A DNA stretch of 47,246 nt, from contig JBKTKK010000001.1 in assembly GCA_047242405.1 (NCBI GenBank), positions 1-47,246 of the forward strand. Direction: 5' to 3'. Under the pieces are notes generated by a model, which had not been told where the DNA came from, did not search any database, and saw only the letters and a program-made list of their open reading frames with translations. The first letter of the stretch is position 1; every line of letters begins with the position of its first letter. Below are positions 9,226 to 19,131 of this stretch, in pieces. The DNA is from Lachnospiraceae bacterium (lineage in GTDB: Bacteria > Bacillota > Clostridia > Lachnospirales > Lachnospiraceae). A program made the translations under genes and the position numbers.

Positions 9226-10351
9226 AGGAAAGACGCATTTTAAAGTCTTTGTAACCAAATTGTTTTACAATTTCACATTGTCCATCGGTCTTTTGTATCG
9301 CAATAGCAGGCAATGGCATACCGTTAAACGTATTATTTTTTACCATTGAATAAATTGCCATATCCTCAAATATGAGTCGCTCTCCAACCGCTAATGGACT
9401 TTGGAAGGAATAGTCCCCAATTACATCTCCTGCTAGGCAGGTCGGCCCTGCGAGCCGATAGGTATAATCTTTCTCTCCAGGCCTTCCCGCGTCTTTTAGA
9501 GGGGGACGATAAGGCATTTCTAATACATCTGGCATATGACATGCAGCCGAAGTATCTAAAATTCCAATGGCAAGATCATTTTCTATAATTTCTAATACGC
9601 TCGTTACTAAATAACCAGCATGATAAGCAATGGCTTCACCAGGCTCGATATACACCGTTACATCATAGGTTTTTTGAATTCTTTTAATCGCCTTTTCTAA
9701 TGACGCAATATCGTAACCATTCTTTGTTATATGATGACCGCCTCCAAAGTTTATCCACTTCATATTTTTTAAATATGGACCAAACTTATCTTCTACTGCA
9801 TCTAGCGTTGTGAGTAATGCATCTGCATCCTGCTCGCAAAGTGTGTGAAAGTGTATGCCCTCCACTCCGTCGAGCTGCTCTGGTTGAAAATTTTTTAATG
9901 TCACTCCGAGTCTAGAACCTGATGCACAAGGGTCATAGATTTCATGGCCCTCCTGGGTAGAACACTCTGGATTAACTCGTATTCCTATGCTTACACCATT
10001 TTTCATCGCAATATCTTTGTACTTTTTCAACTGTGAAAAGGAATTAAATACGATATGTCCACAAAGTTTACATATTTCTTCAAACTCATCTTCCCGATAG
10101 GCAGGAGAGAAAATATGATTTTCTAATCCCATTTCTTCAAAACCTAGTTTGGCTTCATACAAGCCACTGGCCGTTGTTCCTGACAAGTAAGATTTAACCA
10201 ATGGGTAAACGGAAAACATAGCGAATGCTTTCTGGGCCAAAAGTATATGACACCCCGTTCGTTTCATAATACCTTGCAAAATCTCTAAATTATGAATCAA
10301 TCTTTTTTCATCTACGACATAACAAGGCGTAGGTAATTCATGAAACTTCAT
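9224..10351 (-). CDS. nspC: Carboxy(nor)spermidine decarboxylase
   Basis: LLAQKAFA, GIHFHTLCEQ, NFGGGH, HMPDVLEMPY, GPTCLAGD, FNGMPLP. Confidence 0.95.
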   Translation of the reverse strand: MKFHELPTPCYVVDEKRLIHNLEILQGIMKRTGCHILLAQKAFAMFSVYPLVKSYLSGTTASGLYEAKLGFEEMGLENHIFSPAYREDEFEEICKLCGHIVFNSFSQLKKYKDIAMKNGVSIGIRVNPECSTQEGHEIYDPCASGSRLGVTLKNFQPEQLDGVEGIHFHTLCEQDADALLTTLDAVEDKFGPYLKNMKWINFGGGHHITKNGYDIASLEKAIKRIQKTYDVTVYIEPGEAIAYHAGYLVTSVLEIIENDLAIGILDTSAACHMPDVLEMPYRPPLKDAGRPGEKDYTYRLAGPTCLAGDVIGDYSFQSPLAVGERLIFEDMAIYSMVKNNTFNGMPLPAIAIQKTDGQCEIVKQFGYKDFKMRLS

Positions 10352-10352
10352 A

Positions 10353-11555
10353 TTAGTCCACCAATTCTGGTGTTTCTGAAATTTTCCATGGTAAGCCCCA
10401 CTTATTTAATGCTTCCATAAATGGATCTGGGTCAAATTCTTCAATATTGTACACGCCGGCCTTGTTCCACTGTCCCGTTAACACCATCATTGCCCCAATC
10501 ATAGCAGGTACACCGGTTGTATAAGCCACTGCTTGTGATCCAACCTCTTTAAAACATTCCTCATGGTCGCAAACATTATATATGTAAATATCGCGGTCCT
10601 TCCCATCTTTTTTACCACGGAAGATACAACCAATATTTGTTTTTCCCTTTGTACGAGGACCTAACGATGATGGATCTGGTAAAACCGCTTTTAAAAACTG
10701 TAATGGCACGATTTGCTTTCCTTCAAATTCAATTGGTTCAATGGACGTCATTCCTACATTTTCTAAACATTTTAAGTGTGTTAAATAACTCTGTCCAAAT
10801 GTCATAAAGAAACGAATTCTCTTTATTCCCGGAATATTTAATGCCAATGACTCTAACTCCTCATGATGGAGCAGGTACATATCTTTATTTCCGATCTCTG
10901 GGAAGTTGTAAACACGCTTAATTTCCATAGGTTCGGTTTCTACCCACTTGCCACCTTCCCAGTAGCTACCTTTTGCCGATACTTCGCGAATGTTTATTTC
11001 CGGATTAAAGTTTGTTGCAAATGGATAACCGTGGTCTCCTGCATTACAATCTAAAATATCGATGTAGTTTATTTCATCAAAGTAGTGTTTTAAGGCGTAG
11101 GCAGAGAAAACTCCCGTAACACCAGGATCAAAACCGCTACCTAATAAGGCAGTCACTCCTGCTTCTTGGAATTTTTCACGATAAGCCCATTGCCACTTAT
11201 ATTCAAATTTTGCCGTATCTTCTGGTTCATAATTAGCTGTATCAATATAATGTGTTTTTGTCTCTAAACATGCATCCATAATTGTTAGATCTTGATATGG
11301 TAGTGCTAAATTTAATACAACATCCGGTTTTACTTCATTAATTAATGCAATTAACTCTTCTACGTTATTCGCATCGACTTTTGCCGTTGTAATCTTTGTT
11401 TTTGTTGTTTTTTCTAGTTTTTTCTTTAAGGCATCACATTTTTCCTTCGTACGGCTTGCAATACAAATCTCTTGGAACACCTCACTATTTTGACAACATT
11501 TATGAATTGCGACACTAGCTACTCCACCACATCCAATAATTAAAACTTTTCCCAT
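10353..11555 (-). CDS. Carboxy(nor)spermidine dehydrogenase (saccharopine dehydrogenase family)
   Basis: IGCGGVA, NLALPYQD, DTANYE, GFDPG, ATNFNPEINIRE; adjacent to nspC. Confidence 0.93.
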   Translation of the reverse strand: MGKVLIIGCGGVASVAIHKCCQNSEVFQEICIASRTKEKCDALKKKLEKTTKTKITTAKVDANNVEELIALINEVKPDVVLNLALPYQDLTIMDACLETKTHYIDTANYEPEDTAKFEYKWQWAYREKFQEAGVTALLGSGFDPGVTGVFSAYALKHYFDEINYIDILDCNAGDHGYPFATNFNPEINIREVSAKGSYWEGGKWVETEPMEIKRVYNFPEIGNKDMYLLHHEELESLALNIPGIKRIRFFMTFGQSYLTHLKCLENVGMTSIEPIEFEGKQIVPLQFLKAVLPDPSSLGPRTKGKTNIGCIFRGKKDGKDRDIYIYNVCDHEECFKEVGSQAVAYTTGVPAMIGAMMVLTGQWNKAGVYNIEEFDPDPFMEALNKWGLPWKISETPELVD

Positions 11556-11651
11556 TCTAATCTCTCCTCACTAAAATTATAGTTTTTATACCGTAAATAA
11601 TTATTTGACTATTTGCGGTACAATATATGAAAAAGGAGTTTGCTCCTAATT

Positions 11652-12518
11652 CTAGCTTTCTTGAGCTTTTAAATACAATAAAAATTCTCTCGTTAGTTTA
11701 CATGCCGTAGCAGTGGAAACACCGCTTAAATCCAGTGGAGGACTTAATTCATTTACATCGCAACCAACTACCTTTCCTCCGCTACACACCGTTTTCATTG
11801 CCTCTAATAGTTGTAAAAAAGTAACGCCTCCAGCCTCTGGCGTACCTGTACCAGGAAATACAGAAGGATCAAGTACATCCAAGTCAATTGTAAAATAAAT
11901 AGGTTTCCCGTCTAAACGCTCTACTGTTTCCTTTAGACCATGAAAATCAAATTTTCTTGTAGTTACGTGTCCACGCGCTCCCCAAAGGAACTCTTCTTTA
12001 TCCCCAGAACGAATACCAAACTGATGAATTCTATCATCACCTAATAACTCCCAACATCTGCGCATAACACAAGCATGGGATAACTTTGCCCCTAAATAAT
12101 CCTCTCTTAAATCTGCGTGGGCATCAAAATGGATGATATGTAAATCCGGGTACTTTTCAACAACTGCTTCTACCGCACCTAAAGTCACTAAATGCTCACC
12201 GCCGATTAAAAACGGGAGTTTTCCATCGTTCAGAATTATAGATGCCCGTTCTTTAATATCGTTTAGGGCAAGTCTTGCATCTCCAAAACAAAGTTCTAAA
12301 TCACCACTATCAAACACAGAAATCTCGGTTAATTCTCGATTTTGATATGGACTATATATTTCCAGGCCGTAAGATTCTGAACGAATGGCACGGCTTGCAA
12401 AACGAGTTCCTGGTCGATAAGAAGTGGTCGAATCATAGGGTGCACCATATAATACGATTTCGGCATCTTCATAAGATGCGTCACAACCAATAAAAGTTTC
12501 AACATTTCTCTTCAACAT
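11652..12518 (-). CDS. speB: Agmatinase / ureohydrolase
   Basis: GGEH, DAHAD, DLDVLDP, PGTGTPE. Confidence 0.93.
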   Translation of the reverse strand: MLKRNVETFIGCDASYEDAEIVLYGAPYDSTTSYRPGTRFASRAIRSESYGLEIYSPYQNRELTEISVFDSGDLELCFGDARLALNDIKERASIILNDGKLPFLIGGEHLVTLGAVEAVVEKYPDLHIIHFDAHADLREDYLGAKLSHACVMRRCWELLGDDRIHQFGIRSGDKEEFLWGARGHVTTRKFDFHGLKETVERLDGKPIYFTIDLDVLDPSVFPGTGTPEAGGVTFLQLLEAMKTVCSGGKVVGCDVNELSPPLDLSGVSTATACKLTREFLLYLKAQES

Positions 12519-13359
12519 CTCTAAGCAACTCCTCTACATAAGCTGGCAGTGCAAATGCACCTGCATGCAGCTGTGGTGTATAATATTTTGTTGATAAACC
12601 TAGCATTTTCCAGCTAACGGCATTTCTATCATGTACGGGATGATATTTTTTGGAAGCAAAGCCAAATAACCAATGCCCCGATGGATAAGTAGGAATATGA
12701 GCCTGATAAACACGGCTAATTGGAAAACTTTCTACTATACGTTTATGGGCCCGTTGCATTGCAATGGCATCTTCCGTGTAAAAAGGACTTTCATGCTGAT
12801 TAACCATGATGCCATCTTCCTTTAACGCTTTGTAGCAGTTGCCGTAAAACTCCTTCGTAAATAGCCCCTCACCTGGCCCAAACGGATCCGTTGAATCAAC
12901 AATTATTAAATCGTATTCGTTCTCATGAGAGCGAATAAATTTTAACCCATCTTCGTAATAGATTGTCAATCTTTGATCATCAAGTCGACATGCCGTCTTA
13001 GGTAAATACTGCCGACAAACTTCTACCACCAAAGGATCTATTTCAACCATATCAATGTGTTCAATAGAAGAATAGCGGCTTAATTCTCTAATTACTCCAC
13101 CATCGCCCGCCCCAATAACTAAAACATGTTTTACCGATGGATGAACCGCCATTGGTACATGAGTTATCATTTCATGGTAGATAAATTCATCCTTTTCAGT
13201 TAACATCATATATCCGTCTAGGGTAAGAAAGCGTCCAAATTCTTTCGAATCAAATATATCTATTCTTTGAAACTCACTTTGCCCACTATAAAGCTGCCGG
13301 TCTACCCGAATGGAAAACTTCACATTCTTCGTATGTCGTTCTGTAAACCATAATTCCAT
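12499..13359 (-). CDS. speE: Polyamine aminopropyltransferase
   Basis: LDGYMM..DEFIYHEM, GAGDGG, DSTDP, PTYPSG.W. Confidence 0.95.
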   Translation of the reverse strand: MELWFTERHTKNVKFSIRVDRQLYSGQSEFQRIDIFDSKEFGRFLTLDGYMMLTEKDEFIYHEMITHVPMAVHPSVKHVLVIGAGDGGVIRELSRYSSIEHIDMVEIDPLVVEVCRQYLPKTACRLDDQRLTIYYEDGLKFIRSHENEYDLIIVDSTDPFGPGEGLFTKEFYGNCYKALKEDGIMVNQHESPFYTEDAIAMQRAHKRIVESFPISRVYQAHIPTYPSGHWLFGFASKKYHPVHDRNAVSWKMLGLSTKYYTPQLHAGAFALPAYVEELLRDVEEKC

Positions 13360-13362
13360 TTC

Positions 13363-14812
13363 TTATACTCCTTTCAATACGTTGAGACATTCAATATTTG
13401 GATCCTCCGGGCCTGTCATAGAACAACCTTTCTCTTTTGCATACACAATGTGGCTTAGAATATCCGCAGTTATTTTTTCGCCAGGAGCCAAAATTGGAAT
13501 GCCAGGAGGATAACACATAACAAATTCACTACAGATGCGGTCCACACTTTCACAAAGGGGGATCGATTCTTTTTGCGCATAGAACGCTTCCTGTGGCGAT
13601 ACAATTACTTTCGGTGCTATATATTCCTGTGTAACCATGCCATTTTTCTCTCGCTTATATAATCGACGAATCTCTGCTAGCGCACTAACCAACCGCTCAA
13701 TTTCCCTTTTTCTATCACCAATTGAAACGTACGCTAATATATTCCCTAAATCACCAAATTCAATCTGTATATCATACTCATCCCTTAGTAAATCGTATAC
13801 TTCAATACCGGCAAGACCAATATCAAGTGTGTATATGGATAACTTTGTCCGATCAAAATCAAAGATACTATCTTTATTAATTAACTCATCCGAATAAGCA
13901 TAATAACCGTCTATTTCATTAATCTCTTTTCTTGCATACTCAGCCATTGCATTTACTTGAGTGAAAATTTCTCTACCGCGTAGCGCTAAGTTTCTCCTTG
14001 ATATGTCTAAACTTGCTAGCAATAAATAAGAACCACTCGTCGTTTGGGTTAAATTAATAATTTGTCTTACATAACCTTCGTTTACATTTGGTCCTGTTAA
14101 CAACAAGGAGCTTTGTGTTAAGCTTCCACCTGATTTATGCATGCTAACCGCTGCCATATCCGCCCCTGCTTTCATCGCTGCAACTGGCATATTTTCCCCA
14201 AAGTAAAGATGTGTTCCGTGGGCTTCATCTGCTAATATGAGCATGTTATGTTTATGGGCTAGATGAATAATACTTTTTATATCGGAACAGATTCCGTAGT
14301 AAGTCGGGTTATTGACTAGAACAGCTACTGCATCTGGATTTTCTTTTATTGCTTGCTCCACCTGGGATACTTTCATACCTAAAGCAATTCCAAGTCGTTT
14401 ATCCACATCAGGATTTACATAGATTGGAATTGCTCCACAAAGAACGAGGGCATTAATCACACTTCGATGCACATTTCTTGGTAAAATTATTTTATCCCCT
14501 TTTTTACACGCCGTTAGTACCATTGTTTGTATCGCTGAGGTCGTTCCACCAACCATCAAAAAGGCATGGGCTGCACAAAATGCATCGGCTGCTAACTCTT
14601 CCGCCTCTTTTATAACCGAGATCGGATGGCATAAGTTATCCAAAGGTTTCATAGAGTTTACATCCACCTGTATGCAGCGTTCTCCCAAAAATCTGTTAAC
14701 TCCTGGTTTCCTCTCCCTCTTTATGACCTGGTACATCAAAAGGTACAATTCGCATATGACGAAACTTCTCTAGTGCCTCGTAAATAGGCGCCTTTTCCTG
14801 TGATAAGTTCAT
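13363..14812 (-). CDS. speA: PLP-dependent arginine (Orn/Lys/Arg) decarboxylase, 5' frameshift
   Basis: True start ATG 14812 with SD (MNLSQEKAPIYEAL..PFDVPGHK) is out of frame with the body; DEAHG, SMHK, YPPGIP. Confidence 0.88.
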
Positions 14813-14895
14813 ATTCCTCCTCATTTCTACACTGCATTTTTACGCATAAAAGGGTTTGTGGCGCAGCGCAGCCCCAAACTTTGTAGATGAAAGAA

Positions 14896-15660
14896 TTAGT
14901 CAAAAATATTCCGACCACTATAAATTTCAATCATCTCACGCCTTAAATTATTCGTTATTTCAAGTCTTACTTTCGGCGGTAATTCATATACATCAGCATT
15001 AAATAAATAATTCTGTAAATCAAGCTCTTTTATTAACATCTTTGTATGAAAAAGACTCGCTTCATACACATTAATATCAATGATGTCATATTTTCGTAAA
15101 ATCGTCTGATCTATATAATCTTGTATAGATCTTATTTTATGATCCATAAATAACTTTTTCCCATCCATGTCCCGCGTAAATCCTCGAACTTTATAATCAA
15201 TATTTATAATATCCGAGTCGAAACTGCCGATCAAATAATCTAACGTGGAAAGCGGCGTAATTTCCCCACAGGTTGCCACATCGATGTCTACCCGAAGGGT
15301 TGCTAAAAATGTGTCCGGATGATATTCTGGATACGTATGTACGGTAATATGACTTTTATCTAAATGAGCAGCAATCTCATTTCCCAATGCAGGAATCATA
15401 GATCCTTCTGCGATTAATAACGTCACACTCGCCCCTTGTGGCTCATAATCCTGGCTCGAAATATTAAGTACGGTAGCTCCAATCATATCGGCTACCTTTG
15501 TAAGTATGTTTGTTAGTCGGCTAGAATTGTATTGCTCATCAATATAGGCAATATAGTCTTTTTGTTCCCTAGGTGTTTTTGCATAACATACGTCATAAAT
15601 ATTAAAGCTTAATGACTTGGTTAAGTTATTGAACCCATATAGCTTTAGTTTTTCTCCCAA
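14896..15660 (-). CDS. speD: S-adenosylmethionine decarboxylase proenzyme
   Basis: LKLYGFNNLTKSLSFNIYD; self-cleavage region HLDKSHITVHTYPE; TCG; TTG start with GGAGG. Confidence 0.95.
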   Translation of the reverse strand: MGEKLKLYGFNNLTKSLSFNIYDVCYAKTPREQKDYIAYIDEQYNSSRLTNILTKVADMIGATVLNISSQDYEPQGASVTLLIAEGSMIPALGNEIAAHLDKSHITVHTYPEYHPDTFLATLRVDIDVATCGEITPLSTLDYLIGSFDSDIINIDYKVRGFTRDMDGKKLFMDHKIRSIQDYIDQTILRKYDIIDINVYEASLFHTKMLIKELDLQNYLFNADVYELPPKVRLEITNNLRREMIEIYSGRNIFD

Positions 15661-15699
15661 ACCAATTACCTCCGTCCTTGATTACCCTTGTTATCCGAA

Positions 15700-16131
15700 T
15701 TGACAACAAAAAAAAGCAAGTGAATGCACTACATGCACAACACTTGCGTTAAAATCGATTCTTTTCATTTTGATAATTAATTGGGTACAAAAAAGCTTTA
15801 TCCAAAATAAACAACAAAAAAAGAACAGAGTCTATATAGCAAACATTTTACTTTTACTACTCTTATTGACCGTTTCACAAGTTTTGCGCTAGTTGCACAC
15901 TGATTATTAAGTAATCAACTTATAAAATTTGAGCTTCAAACTCAATCAATAAGGCAATGATAGTATGCTTTGCATACTATCTGCCAATCGGCAGTTGACC
16001 CGGCTGTCCGTGTGGCCTCAACTCCTATAAGCGGAGTGGTCTAAAATATTTGCATGGAAATATCTCTATTCTTATAGCTATTCCATTACAGTTGTTCATA
16101 GGATGAAAGATTATGCTTTCTCATCCATACT
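15700..16131 (-). ncRNA. Structured 5' leader RNA of the polyamine operon (candidate riboswitch/attenuator)
   Basis: Upstream promoter, nested multi-stem pairings, two U-tract hairpins; no long ORF. Confidence 0.7.
15708..15747 (-). terminator. Intrinsic terminator within the speD leader
   Basis: RNA GCAAGUG..UGCA-UGUAG-UGCA..CACUUGC followed by U8, about 45 nt before the speD start. Confidence 0.8.
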
Positions 16132-16137
16132 AAACAT

Positions 16138-16166
16138 AAAATAACATAATTTCCAAATATTGTCAA
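16138..16166 (-). promoter_or_regulatory. SigA promoter for the speD leader
   Basis: Minus strand TTGACA (16166-16161), 17 nt, extended TGn-TATTTT (16143-16138). Confidence 0.65.
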
Positions 16167-16268
16167 TAATTATTTTGGATAGAAACAAAAAAGACCGCAC
16201 GAAACCATTCTTGATTTCTTACAGCCCTTTCTGCGTTCTAATAATTTAATTTTATAGGTTTTTTTGTG

Positions 16269-16553
16269 TTACTCTTCTACTGCGCGATCCGTCCCATCAT
16301 CTTCGTCTTCTTCATCATCAAAGAAATCGTCATCAAAGTCATCTTCGAAATCGTCTTCAAAATCTTCTAAATAGTCTGGCGTTAGAAAACGATAGACTGC
16401 ATATGCTATACCTGCTACAGATGCGATTACACCTATAATAGCTAATATCCAAATTAAAGTATTTTTTTTCTTATCATCATCTTCTTTTTTCTTCAAAAAT
16501 TCTGCAATTTTTGAAGCGTTAATCATCTCTTCTACTTTATTCATTGTATACAC
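16269..16553 (-). CDS. Small membrane protein with acidic tail (DUF4366-like)
   Basis: One TM helix then PDYLEDFEDDFEDDFDDDFF; start may be 16544. Confidence 0.7.
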   Translation of the reverse strand: MYTMNKVEEMINASKIAEFLKKKEDDDKKKNTLIWILAIIGVIASVAGIAYAVYRFLTPDYLEDFEDDFEDDFDDDFFDDEEDEDDGTDRAVEE

Positions 16554-16646
16554 GTCCTTTCTATATTCTGCTCTTTTATCTATTATTACCCGCTATCGTT
16601 ATTATATCATTCTTTTTATGTTTTTACTATAATAAAAAATTATTTT

Positions 16647-19004
16647 TTAATTAAATTTCTTTAACATCGCAAAACTTGCAAACATTCTCTTTTGACCAGC
16701 ATTTTCGAAGTTAACCGTCACTTCAAAATCTTTCTTTCCTTCTTCTATTTCTAGAACAACGCCGCGGCCAAATTTAATGTGTCTTACGGTATCACCGACC
16801 TTATAGTCCAAGCCATCTGCTTTTGTCACAGAAAAGGCTTTACCACCGACGCTACTTTGTTTGGTAGAAAATCCCTGACTTGTCCCATTCGTATAGCCAG
16901 TTCCAAATCCCTTTGTCGTATTTGGCAATTCGAACAAAGATTTCCGATCCACCTTTGGTGAAGCTTGCCCAGTTGCTCCACTGCCAAAACGGCTTACCGC
17001 AGAAGAAAATCCTCCTGAAAAACCACTTCCGAATGAATTATTACTATTATATGCAGTGCGTGGCCGTTCCTCTTTACGCTTCAACAGGTGGGATGGTATT
17101 TCCTCGATAAATCGAGAAACTCGATTATACTGGGTTTCACCATGTAAGGTTCGCATCTTAGCAGCTGTTAAAGTCAAATGCTCCATTGCACGCGTAATAC
17201 CAACATAACAAAGTCGTCTCTCTTCTTCGATATCGGTAGGATCTCCAGAATTCATTGACATGAAACTAGGGAACAACCCTTCTTCCATACCACATAAGTA
17301 CACTTTCGGAAATTCCAGTCCCTTTGCTGCGTGTAGGGTCATTAGTACCAGGCGATTTGCCGAAGAATCTACCGTATCAATATCCGCAACTAAGGCGACT
17401 TCCTCCAAAAAGCCACTAAGCGTAATATCATCAGAATCATGTAGCTTCATATAATCAGCTGCTTTGCTGACAAATTCTTCGATATTTTCTTTTTTTTGCT
17501 GTGCCTTTTCATCTTCTAAAGTATCCAAATCTTCTAAATAGCCTGTATTTTCTATTACCGTTTCCATCAGTTCTGGTAAATCCATAAATTCGGCTTGGGT
17601 TCGAAAAACCATAATTTGTTTAACAAAGGATTGGAGTTTTGCTAATCCTCTTCCTATACCTGGAATTTGTTCTGCATTTTGCAGTGCAGTGAAAAAACTC
17701 ACTTCTTTTTCATCCGCAAATTGCTGAACACGTTCTATTGTTGTCATACCGATTCCTCTTTTTGGTACATTGATAATACGGCGAACGGAAATATCATCTT
17801 TTCCATTATCAATGGTTTTCAAATAAGCTAAAATATCCTTAATTTCCTGTCTTTGATAGAAGTTTATACCACCAATTAAGCGATAAGGGATATTCATAGC
17901 AATACACTTTTCTTCTAATGCACGCGATTGGGCATTGGTACGATATAATACCGCACAATCGCTATATTGTAGGCCATCTTCTTCCACAGCACTGCGAACC
18001 CCTTTTATCACAGCATCTGCTTCCTGGTAGGCATCATCATATTGATTAAATTCAACTAAATCGCCCTCTCCCTTATCTGTCCACAACCTTTTTGATTTTC
18101 TTCCTTTGTTATTTCTTATCACTTCATTGGCACAATCCAAAATACTGGACGTAGATCGATAATTTTGTTCTAATTTTATTACCTTTGCACCAGGAAATGA
18201 TTGTTCAAATCCTAGGATATTTGTAATATTGGCACCGCGAAATTTGTAAATAGACTGGTCATCGTCACCAACAACACATAGATTCTTATATTTTTTTGCT
18301 AATATGCTAACAAACTTAAATTGAACCGTATTCGTATCTTGGTATTCGTCAACCATAATATATCGAAAACGCTCTTGGTAATTTTCTAATACCTGTGGGT
18401 TGTTTTGAAACAGTTCTACTGCTTTTACGAGCAAATCATCAAAATCCAAAGCATTATTGCTACGTAACTGTTTTTGGTATTCGAAATACACTTTTGCTAC
18501 CTGTTTTTGTCTGAAATCAGCGCCTGCGGTTAGTGCATATTCTTCCGGTGTTATCATTTCATTTTTCGCTGATGAAATTGCTGATAACATAGCTTTTTCC
18601 TTATACATCTTCGGATCTAAGTCTAATTTCTTAATTACTTGTCGCATCAACGTCTTTTGATCATCTGAATCATAAATCGTGAAATTTGTATCATAGCCTA
18701 AGAGATCAATATGTCTCCGCAAAATACGAACACAAGTTGAGTGAAAGGTAGCAACCCATATACTTTCCGCACCAAACCCAACCAAGCGGTCAACACGTTC
18801 CCGCATTTCTTCCGCTGCTTTATTCGTAAATGTAATTGCTAGTATATTCCAAGGGTTTACCCCTTTTTCTTCGATTAAATACGCTACTCTATGCGTTAAC
18901 ACTCTCGTTTTTCCAGATCCTGCGCCTGCCAAGATAAGTAAAGGTCCCTCTGTATGAAATACAGCTTCTTTTTGTTTATCATTCAATGAATCATATATAC
19001 TCAT
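16647..19004 (-). CDS. pcrA: ATP-dependent DNA helicase PcrA/UvrD
   Basis: AGAGSGKT, TFTNKAA, DEYQD, GDDDQSIY, QNYRS, EEERRLCYVGITRA; start at ATG 19004 after GGAGG. Confidence 0.97.
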   Translation of the reverse strand: MSIYDSLNDKQKEAVFHTEGPLLILAGAGSGKTRVLTHRVAYLIEEKGVNPWNILAITFTNKAAEEMRERVDRLVGFGAESIWVATFHSTCVRILRRHIDLLGYDTNFTIYDSDDQKTLMRQVIKKLDLDPKMYKEKAMLSAISSAKNEMITPEEYALTAGADFRQKQVAKVYFEYQKQLRSNNALDFDDLLVKAVELFQNNPQVLENYQERFRYIMVDEYQDTNTVQFKFVSILAKKYKNLCVVGDDDQSIYKFRGANITNILGFEQSFPGAKVIKLEQNYRSTSSILDCANEVIRNNKGRKSKRLWTDKGEGDLVEFNQYDDAYQEADAVIKGVRSAVEEDGLQYSDCAVLYRTNAQSRALEEKCIAMNIPYRLIGGINFYQRQEIKDILAYLKTIDNGKDDISVRRIINVPKRGIGMTTIERVQQFADEKEVSFFTALQNAEQIPGIGRGLAKLQSFVKQIMVFRTQAEFMDLPELMETVIENTGYLEDLDTLEDEKAQQKKENIEEFVSKAADYMKLHDSDDITLSGFLEEVALVADIDTVDSSANRLVLMTLHAAKGLEFPKVYLCGMEEGLFPSFMSMNSGDPTDIEEERRLCYVGITRAMEHLTLTAAKMRTLHGETQYNRVSRFIEEIPSHLLKRKEERPRTAYNSNNSFGSGFSGGFSSAVSRFGSGATGQASPKVDRKSLFELPNTTKGFGTGYTNGTSQGFSTKQSSVGGKAFSVTKADGLDYKVGDTVRHIKFGRGVVLEIEEGKKDFEVTVNFENAGQKRMFASFAMLKKFN

Positions 19005-19131
19005 AACTTCCTCCGTCTGAAAAAAAACGTGAAAACACTCAATCAAGAAGTCTTCACGTTTTATTTACTGAATGGTTAATCTATGAAAACGGTTGTTCGC
19101 TTTCCTAACATAGTATACACAATCCAAGCTC

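Noticed and set aside
14854..14879. GC-rich palindrome between speD and speA
   Set aside because: Short REP-like hairpin with no U-tract and a single copy here; too little evidence for a function.
16290..16375. Tandem repeats in the DUF4366-like gene
   Set aside because: Explained by the low-complexity acidic protein tail (FEDD repeats).
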